Origin: Vibrio alginolyticus NBRC 15630 = ATCC 17749
GTDB lineage: Bacteria > Pseudomonadota > Gammaproteobacteria > Enterobacterales > Vibrionaceae
Length of the DNA stretch: 32,000 nucleotides
Reading direction: 5' to 3'
Assembly (NCBI RefSeq): GCF_000354175.2
Contig: NC_022359.1
Coordinates: 720,001-752,000, forward strand
Shown piece after piece: positions 16,771-23,239 of the stretch (positions are counted from its first letter, which is position 1; each line of letters opens with the position of its first letter). The position numbers and the translations under genes were made by a program. Below the pieces are notes generated by a model. The model made no database searches. It was given only the letters and a program-made list of their open reading frames with translations, and was not told the origin of the DNA.

Positions 16771-17555
16771 TGTTTGACTCCTCGGCTGAAACGACTTGCC
16801 AACCAAGTCAGTAAAAAAATAAATAGGAAGTAGGTCATCACTAAGGCAGACGTAAAGTGGCCGCTCGTCTGACGCATGTTATACAAGTAGATTTGCAGGG
16901 TTTCATAACGTGTGCCGACTAAAATATTGGCGAACACAAACTCTCCCAATAGAAATGAAAATGAAAGGAAAAGCGATGCCATCAGTCCTTTTTTGAGGTT
17001 AGGTAAAATGACCATCAAAAACGCTTTGGTTGTGCTTGCTCCTAGCAAGTGTGCAGCGTCCATTAAATCGTTAAGGTTAATTGCTTCGAAGCTATTAGAA
17101 ATCGCACGATACATGAACGGTAACGCGATGGTGAAGTAAGTACCTACTAGAATCCAAGGAGTACCGATAAGGGAGATTTCACTGTCAGCATAAAGTTGAA
17201 GCAAGCCGACGGAGGACACCACTGGTGGTACAGCGAATGGTAGCAAAATCAATACGTTCATGAGCTTATCGAGCCTTGGAAAGTAGTAAAACACCACGAA
17301 TATCGCTGGCAGAACTAGAATCACACTGAGGGTTAGCGAAGCAATACAAATAAACAGCGAACGCCCAAACGCTTGCAAAAAGCGTGGGTCGGTCAGCAAT
17401 TTAACGTACCAATCAAAAGTGAAACCATCTGGAAGCACCGTGGCGCCCCAGCGTGATGAAAGCGAATAGACAAAGGTCGCTAAAATCGGGATGAGCATGA
17501 TCCCAACAATGGAATAAACCACCGTTTTATGGAATCGAGTATTAACGTTGTTCAT
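16767..17555 (-). CDS. ABC transporter permease
   Basis: 262 aa with six hydrophobic spans and an EAA-like loop (DLMDAAHLLGASTTKAFLMVILP). It is tightly packed within the operon. Confidence 0.9.
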   Translation of the reverse strand: MNNVNTRFHKTVVYSIVGIMLIPILATFVYSLSSRWGATVLPDGFTFDWYVKLLTDPRFLQAFGRSLFICIASLTLSVILVLPAIFVVFYYFPRLDKLMNVLILLPFAVPPVVSSVGLLQLYADSEISLIGTPWILVGTYFTIALPFMYRAISNSFEAINLNDLMDAAHLLGASTTKAFLMVILPNLKKGLMASLFLSFSFLLGEFVFANILVGTRYETLQIYLYNMRQTSGHFTSALVMTYFLFIFLLTWLASRFSRGVKQ

Positions 17556-17557
17556 GA

Positions 17558-18448
17558 CTACTTCCTACCTGCATAGCTTTTCGAAATGAGCCATTGGTTA
17601 ATCACTGTGATAAAGGCAAGTAACGCCATTAGAATCACCGAAATTGCAGCGGCGAGATTAGGTTCAAGGAACAGGTCTCCCGATACCAGACTCGCAATTC
17701 TAATTGTGATGACGTTATAGTTACCGGAGGTCAGCGCATAAACACTCGCATAAGCGCCAATTGCGTTGGCTATTAAGATAATAAAGGTACCGAATAAGGC
17801 TGGTGAGAGCACTGGCAGCGCGATTTTCGCCCAATACTGTGATGTTTTGGCTCCCAGTAGCGCAGCAGCAGCTTGCCAATCATCACTCAACGCGTCGAAC
17901 GCAGGGTAGAGCAACAATACCGCCAGCGGGATTTGGAAGTAGATGTAAATGGCCAGCAGGCCCCATTTACCATAAAGGTCGAAATCACCGAGTAAGCCAT
18001 ACTGCTTGAGCAAAAGGGTAATCGCCCCATTGGTGCCCAAAATAATAATAAAAGCGAATGACAGAGGTACGCCTGCAAAGTTGCTGCTCATGTTCGTAAA
18101 CGCAATCACACCGTCGCGGACTTTAGAATCGACTCTGCGCAGAGAAGAGACCAACAGAGTCGCAATGGCTAAGCCAAAAATGCTCGACCATACAGCTAAC
18201 CACAAACTGTTGCCAAACGCCTGCATCATAAAGGCGGAGTCGAGCACTTCAATGTAGTTATCGAAGGCAAACTCGCCATCGTAGATAAAGCTGTTTAACA
18301 GTACCCAAATCATCGGTGCGAGTTGAAATAGATAGAAAAACAGTGCGAAAGGCGCCAACCAAATGGCTGGCTTAAAGCGCTTTAACCAAGTACTTGCCAA
18401 ATTTGAACGTGATTCGCTGGAGCTTGGGGAGAGGACTGAACTGCTCAT
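17558..18448 (-). CDS. ABC transporter permease
   Basis: 296 aa, polytopic, with an EAA-like loop (DWQAAAALLGAKTSQYWAKIALP). Its start overlaps the upstream gene's stop (ATGA at 18445-18448). Confidence 0.9.
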   Translation of the reverse strand: MSSSVLSPSSSESRSNLASTWLKRFKPAIWLAPFALFFYLFQLAPMIWVLLNSFIYDGEFAFDNYIEVLDSAFMMQAFGNSLWLAVWSSIFGLAIATLLVSSLRRVDSKVRDGVIAFTNMSSNFAGVPLSFAFIIILGTNGAITLLLKQYGLLGDFDLYGKWGLLAIYIYFQIPLAVLLLYPAFDALSDDWQAAAALLGAKTSQYWAKIALPVLSPALFGTFIILIANAIGAYASVYALTSGNYNVITIRIASLVSGDLFLEPNLAAAISVILMALLAFITVINQWLISKSYAGRK

Positions 18449-19269
18449 AGTGCTAACAATTCCTGAGTGTATGGCTTCGTGTGGTCAAGGTTTAGCAATT
18501 GACAAACGGTGCCACAAATATCAGTTTGCTTAATATGACAATCTTGATGGGTAAACTTATCACCAATGACAAACAGGGGAACTTCTCGCTCTTCAGGTAA
18601 AATCCCACCGTGAGAAAGATCGTTGTTCATGCCATGATCGCTGGTCACAATGATTTGATACCCATCAGCAAGCCATTGATCGATGTAGTTGGAAAGAATA
18701 ATGTCTGCACCTCGCACACAATTGCGGTATTGGCGAGAGTCTAGGCCAAACTTATGTCCTGTATCGTCGATATTCATCGGATGGATCAATAAGAAATCAG
18801 GTTGATAGTTTCGACGTAAATACTCTGCGTCCAGGAACAAGGCTTCATCAGGATAATGATCCCAATGGTAAAAGCAGCCGTGCTGGATATTCAGGGTTTC
18901 ATCATGCGTGAAACGATCGCGAACAGGTTCAAATGGCGCGCGATTATAAAGCTCACTTACCCAGTGGTAGGCAGCCGCAGCGGTCACTTTTCCTTGGGCT
19001 TTTGCCAAACTGAAAATGGAATCGTGTTTGGATAGACGAACGATATTGTTGTTTACGATGCCGCTTTCTACAGGGCGAACGCCCGTTAAAATGCACTCAT
19101 AAAGTGGGCGAGACATAGAGGGCAGCTCACACTGCACAGGATAAAGCGTTGCGCGAGTTTCTTGTTGGGAACGACGTTGTTCTAGAAGACCATTGAGGTA
19201 GCCCATGCAATCACGGGCTACCTGATAGTTCAGTCCATCTAGAACAACAAGGATGACCTTATTGCTCAT
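18445..19269 (-). CDS. Alkaline phosphatase superfamily protein (nucleotide pyrophosphatase/phosphodiesterase-like), cytoplasmic
   Basis: 274 aa with metal-ligand-like motifs VVLDGLN, PSMSRP...LTG (nucleophile region), NIDDTGHKFG and TSDHGMN. There is no signal peptide. It is embedded between the binding-protein gene and the permease genes. Confidence 0.75.
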   Translation of the reverse strand: MSNKVILVVLDGLNYQVARDCMGYLNGLLEQRRSQQETRATLYPVQCELPSMSRPLYECILTGVRPVESGIVNNNIVRLSKHDSIFSLAKAQGKVTAAAAYHWVSELYNRAPFEPVRDRFTHDETLNIQHGCFYHWDHYPDEALFLDAEYLRRNYQPDFLLIHPMNIDDTGHKFGLDSRQYRNCVRGADIILSNYIDQWLADGYQIIVTSDHGMNNDLSHGGILPEEREVPLFVIGDKFTHQDCHIKQTDICGTVCQLLNLDHTKPYTQELLAL

Positions 19270-19281
19270 AACGACTTACTC

Positions 19282-20358
19282 TTATTGCTGGTGGATTAAG
19301 ACACTTTCTTGCCATTGACGTGGCAGCTTACGTGCGGACTTTTCCCAAGCTGAGAAGTCAGTCACTGGGTGAACATTGCTGTATTGGTCATTAGCAATTA
19401 GCTTGTCTTGCACTGCTTGAGGCAGTGTGATGTTGGTGCGGATTGGACGCGCATAACCTTCTGCTAAGTTGATTTGCCCTTGATCGCTGAAGATGTATTC
19501 ACGAGCAAGCTTTGCTGCATTAGGGTTCTTCGCGTATTTATTGATTATGGTTGTATAACCAGAAATCACAGAGCCATCTTGAGGAATGCTCACTGTAAAG
19601 CGGTCGCGGTCAATTTTGTCGCGGTAGTTCAATGCATTGAAGTCCCACATGATCGCCACTTCAACTTCGCCTTTTTCTAGGTTGGCGATGTTCGGATCGG
19701 TAAATGAAAGACGACCTTGCTTCGCGAGTTCTGAAAAGAATTTGAGCGCAGGCTTGAGGTTGGATTCGTCCCCACCGTTGGCGAACGCTGCGGCGAGAAC
19801 CGCGTTGTTTGCCTGTGCTGCTACGCCTACGTCACCTACGGTCACTTTGTAGTCGCCTTTTAATAGGTCATCCCACGTTTTTGGCGCGTCTTTTACGAGG
19901 TTATTGTTGGAGATAAAAGAAATAGTGCCAGTGTAGGCAAGTGCCCAATGACCATCTTCGTCTTTTGCCCAATCTGGGATGTCATTCCAAGTTGTTGGTT
20001 TATATGGCTGAGTGACGCCTTTTTTAACCGCTACACGTGCGAAGGCAAAGCCTACGTCACCAATGTCTGCGGTCGCGTTTTTCTTCTCAGCTTCGAATTT
20101 TGCGATTTCTTGAGCCGAGCTCATATCCGTGTCTTGGTGCTTAAGGTTGTAATTTGACTTTAAATCAGCCCAAGTGTCTTTCCAGTTTGCCCAACTGTCA
20201 GGCATACCCACACTGTAAACCGCCCCTTCTTTTTGTGCTGCTGCTACCAAAGATTCAATATCGGCTTCTTTCGCTACTGTTGGCGTAGCGAGCGTTACCG
20301 CAATGATTGCCGCTGGTGCGGTAATTGAACGACTTAGCAAAGTTTTCATTGTCTCCAT
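19282..20358 (-). CDS. ABC transporter periplasmic substrate-binding protein (PotD/Fbp-like cluster)
   Basis: 358 aa with the signal peptide MKTLLSRSITAPAAIIAVTLATPTVA. The body is W/D/K-rich in the family-1 style of solute-binding proteins. The second ATG at 20349 has the better SD (GGAGA) and may be the true start. Confidence 0.85.
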   Translation of the reverse strand: METMKTLLSRSITAPAAIIAVTLATPTVAKEADIESLVAAAQKEGAVYSVGMPDSWANWKDTWADLKSNYNLKHQDTDMSSAQEIAKFEAEKKNATADIGDVGFAFARVAVKKGVTQPYKPTTWNDIPDWAKDEDGHWALAYTGTISFISNNNLVKDAPKTWDDLLKGDYKVTVGDVGVAAQANNAVLAAAFANGGDESNLKPALKFFSELAKQGRLSFTDPNIANLEKGEVEVAIMWDFNALNYRDKIDRDRFTVSIPQDGSVISGYTTIINKYAKNPNAAKLAREYIFSDQGQINLAEGYARPIRTNITLPQAVQDKLIANDQYSNVHPVTDFSAWEKSARKLPRQWQESVLIHQQ

Positions 20359-20362
20359 CCTT

Positions 20363-20376
20363 CTGGACTAGGTCAG
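20363..20376. promoter_or_regulatory. Candidate GntR/HutC-type operator, copy 1 (CTGGACTAGGTCAG)
   Basis: The 14-mer shares 12 of 14 positions (a TGGACTAG core plus TCAG) with the copy at 20545-20558. It has partial dyad symmetry around CTAG (CTG..CTAG..CAG). It lies just upstream of the binding-protein start codon. Confidence 0.4.
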
Positions 20377-20544
20377 TAAGTTCGCTTTGTATGCTATGGA
20401 TGGAATGTGACGATTTAGCGCAAGTAATTTGACAGTTTTGCTGATTTTATATGGCACTTATATTTCATACGTTCAGTATGTGTTCTGTTGATTAATGTCA
20501 TATTTTTGTTACGTAAACGCCTTATGTTATTCGTCAAATTATCG

Positions 20545-20558
20545 TTGGACTAGATCAG
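20545..20558. promoter_or_regulatory. Candidate GntR/HutC-type operator, copy 2 (TTGGACTAGATCAG)
   Basis: This is the second copy of the TGGACTAG(G/A)TCAG motif. It ends 1 nt before the ATG of the GntR gene. Confidence 0.4.
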
Positions 20559-20559
20559 A

Positions 20560-21288
20560 ATGAGAGCGACAGGCACCGGACAATTTGGTACCCAATTAGG
20601 AAAAATTAGAAGCAGCTTAAAACAGCAGATTCTTTCCGGCATCATGTCGGAAGGACAAAAACTGCCGTCAGAGAGAGAGCTCAGTGAGCTGTTTTCTACA
20701 ACTCGAATCACTATCAAAGATGCGTTGGTGTCTTTAGAAACTGAAGGTCTTATTTATCGAGAAGAGCGCCGGGGTTGGTATGTATCTCCTGAGCGTATCT
20801 GTTACAACCCGTTGTCTCGTTCTCACTTCCATCAGATGATTCGAGAGCAGCATCGTATTGCAGAAACTAAGTTACTCAACGTGCGAAGTGAAATGGCCGC
20901 AGGTGAGTATGCCAAATCGTTAGAGGTGGAGCTAATTACCCCAATTTATGTAATTGAACGGTTACGTTTTATTGATGGGCGAGCGGTATTGTTTGTTGAG
21001 AACGTGCTCAAAGCGGCACTGTTTGAGGGTATATTGTCTGAGAACCTCACCATGTCCCTGACGGGCATTTATCGTGAGAAGTATGGTTACGAGACAAAGC
21101 GCTCTCGTTTTGATGTGATTCCCACGTCAGCTCCTGCTCATGTCGCTAAGGCGTTGAACCTAGTTGAAGGACAACCCGTTCTGAAAATTCGGCGGGTAAA
21201 CTACAAACAAGATGGGCATTTAATGGACTGCGAATTCGAGTATTGGCGTCCAGACGCAGTGATGATTCGCATTGATAGCGTAGGATAA
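20560..21288 (+). CDS. GntR family transcriptional regulator with UTRA effector domain (HutC/FarR subfamily)
   Basis: 242 aa with the N-terminal winged HTH KLPSERELSELFSTTRITIKDALVSLETEGLIYREERRGWYV. The C-terminal 150 aa or so have UTRA-like length and pattern. It is divergent from the ABC operon. Confidence 0.9.
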   Translation: MRATGTGQFGTQLGKIRSSLKQQILSGIMSEGQKLPSERELSELFSTTRITIKDALVSLETEGLIYREERRGWYVSPERICYNPLSRSHFHQMIREQHRIAETKLLNVRSEMAAGEYAKSLEVELITPIYVIERLRFIDGRAVLFVENVLKAALFEGILSENLTMSLTGIYREKYGYETKRSRFDVIPTSAPAHVAKALNLVEGQPVLKIRRVNYKQDGHLMDCEFEYWRPDAVMIRIDSVG

Positions 21289-21299
21289 AGCGCAGAATT

Positions 21300-21328
21300 A
21301 AAAAGAGCCCAATGAAGGGCTCTTTTTC
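21300..21328. terminator. Bidirectional rho-independent terminator
   Basis: AAAA-AGAGCCC (21304-21310), loop AATGAA, GGGCTCT (21317-21323), then TTTTT. It lies between the convergent GntR and BCCT genes. Confidence 0.8.
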
Positions 21329-21350
21329 GCATATTGGTTAGAGAGGCGGT

Positions 21351-22973
21351 TTAAACGAGGCCTTGCTCTTTCGCCATTCTGCTTGCAATGCCGGGTGCTT
21401 TCCAAATGCTTGGCAGCAAAATGAAAGACACAGGCACGGCGGTAATCACAATGAAAGACTGCAATGCAGAAATACCACCAGAGCCCATTGAGATGAGCGC
21501 AATAGCGACAATACCCATAATCAGACCCCAGAACGAGCGAATCACTGCGTTTGGTTCTGTTGAGCCCGTCATCACTACACTGATTGTGTAAGTCATCGAG
21601 TCACCCGTCGTCACGATAAATGTTGTCGTTAAGATCAGGAACAGAACCGAAATGATCATTGGGTAAGGTAATTCACCAGTAATCGCTAGCAGTGCTGCAG
21701 GCAAGTTAAAGCCTTCAAACGCAGATGAAATCAAACCAGGGTTATCAAGTTCAAACGCAAGGCCACTGCCACCAACGATACTAAACCAGAAGCAAGTAAT
21801 CAGCGGTGCCGCGATGCTAATAGACATGATTAATTGGCGAATTGTACGACCACGAGAGATACGAGCAATAAAGATCGCCATCATTGGGCCATAACCGATA
21901 AACCAACCCCAGAAGAATACTGTCCACCAACTTAGCCAGCCTGTATCACCACGGTAAAGTGCCATAGGGAAGAAGTTATCCACCATACGACCAACGCCTT
22001 GCACGTAGCCATCAACGATAAAGCTTGTCGGCCCGAAGAACAGGATGTAACCAATTAATAGTACAGACAAAATGATGTTGTAACGACTGACGATTTGAAT
22101 ACCCTTGCTCAAACCGCTCAGTGCGGAAAGGGTATACATCAGGATCGCCGCCATAATAACCATACTTTGCGTTACGAACGTATCTGGCAGGCCAAACAAT
22201 GAGTTTAGCGCGTAGCTAATTTGTAAACCTAAGAAGCCGATAGGACCGATGGTTCCTGCTGCTACTGCAATGATGCTACATGCGTCAGCAACATCACCAA
22301 TCCAGCCTTTAATGGCTTTATCACCAAACACAGGGTAAAGCAGAGTACGCGGCTTAAGAGGCAGGCCTTTATCGTAATGCAAGTGCATTAAGACAATGGA
22401 AGATAGACCACCAAGGATCGCCCAAGCTAAGAAGCCCCAGTGCATAAAAGACTGAGATAGGGCATTGATTGCGGCAGTTTTCGGTGAGGCTTCCCCGTAT
22501 AGAGGCGGAGCAGTCACAAAGTGCGCGATAGGCTCAGCTGCGGCCCAGAACACACCACCACCTGCAAGTAGAGTACAGAGTACGATTGACAACCACTTAA
22601 AGTTATCAATATCAGGTTTCGCTAGACCACCTAGGCGCACATAACCAGTGCGACCAAACGCAAGAGCCAAACCAATTAGGAAATTCAGAAGAAGCAGTAC
22701 TTGCCAGTAAGCTCCGAAATATTTAGTAGCAAAGCCGAAGCCGGTGTTAACCATTGCGGTTAGAAAGTCGGTATTCGTTAGAGCAAGTAAAACGAATAGA
22801 GTGAGGAAGCTACCACTTAACCAAAAGACAGGATTGGTGAGTTCGAGGCGCTTGAGTAAAGATGGGGGATGAATAGCAGAATAGTCAGCATCCTGAATAG
22901 GCGCTGTGTGGGAGGCGGCATTCGTCATATTTGACATAATTACTTCGCTTTTTAGGGCTATGAAGCCGTGCAT
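21351..22973 (-). CDS. BCCT family transporter (betaine/carnitine/choline-type)
   Basis: 540 aa, polytopic. It has the BCCT signature region WTVFFWGWFIGYGPMMAIFIARISRGRTIRQ. Two start candidates exist: 22973 (GAGG SD 4 nt upstream) and 22937 (MSNMTNAAS). Confidence 0.9.
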   Translation of the reverse strand: MHGFIALKSEVIMSNMTNAASHTAPIQDADYSAIHPPSLLKRLELTNPVFWLSGSFLTLFVLLALTNTDFLTAMVNTGFGFATKYFGAYWQVLLLLNFLIGLALAFGRTGYVRLGGLAKPDIDNFKWLSIVLCTLLAGGGVFWAAAEPIAHFVTAPPLYGEASPKTAAINALSQSFMHWGFLAWAILGGLSSIVLMHLHYDKGLPLKPRTLLYPVFGDKAIKGWIGDVADACSIIAVAAGTIGPIGFLGLQISYALNSLFGLPDTFVTQSMVIMAAILMYTLSALSGLSKGIQIVSRYNIILSVLLIGYILFFGPTSFIVDGYVQGVGRMVDNFFPMALYRGDTGWLSWWTVFFWGWFIGYGPMMAIFIARISRGRTIRQLIMSISIAAPLITCFWFSIVGGSGLAFELDNPGLISSAFEGFNLPAALLAITGELPYPMIISVLFLILTTTFIVTTGDSMTYTISVVMTGSTEPNAVIRSFWGLIMGIVAIALISMGSGGISALQSFIVITAVPVSFILLPSIWKAPGIASRMAKEQGLV

Positions 22974-22977
22974 TTCC

Positions 22978-23007
22978 CCTCACATCGTTTCAACGAAAAG
23001 TGTGAGG
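22978..23007 (-). promoter_or_regulatory. Hairpin overlapping the putative SD of the BCCT gene
   Basis: The minus strand reads CCUCACA-CUUU-UCGUU-GA-AACGA-UGUGAGG followed by GGAA-AUG. It combines a 7-bp outer stem with a 5-bp inner stem. The 3' arm contains the GAGG that would serve as SD for the ATG at 22973. Confidence 0.35.
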
Positions 23008-23239
23008 ATGTTCAAAAAGCCGATGATGTTAACATGTCGAAGTTGCAAATATAACCTTAGATTTCGATTAATTTTTAACAGGTTAGCCAAGTTGCTGATT
23101 TTTGGGTAGAGATCAAAAGAAAGAGTTTTTACGTGAAATGCACCGCATTTCGTATGTAATTAACATTTCCCTTATTTTTGCATGGGTTTATCAGGATTAC
23201 ATTGAGAAACATGTTTTTCCCAAGCTAAGGTTTAACTCG

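Noticed and set aside
20452-20467. TGGCAC-TTATA-TTTCA in the GntR/ABC divergent region, resembling a sigma54 -24 element.
   Set aside because: The -12 position reads TC instead of the essential GC at the GG-N10 spacing, so it does not qualify as a sigma54 promoter.
23102-23239. A TTG-initiated 46-codon N-terminal extension of the beta-mannosidase ORF.
   Set aside because: The extension runs through the AT-rich promoter region and has no SD. GH2 mannosidase similarity begins at the ATG at 23240 (MAHFELNGQW), which has an AAGG upstream.
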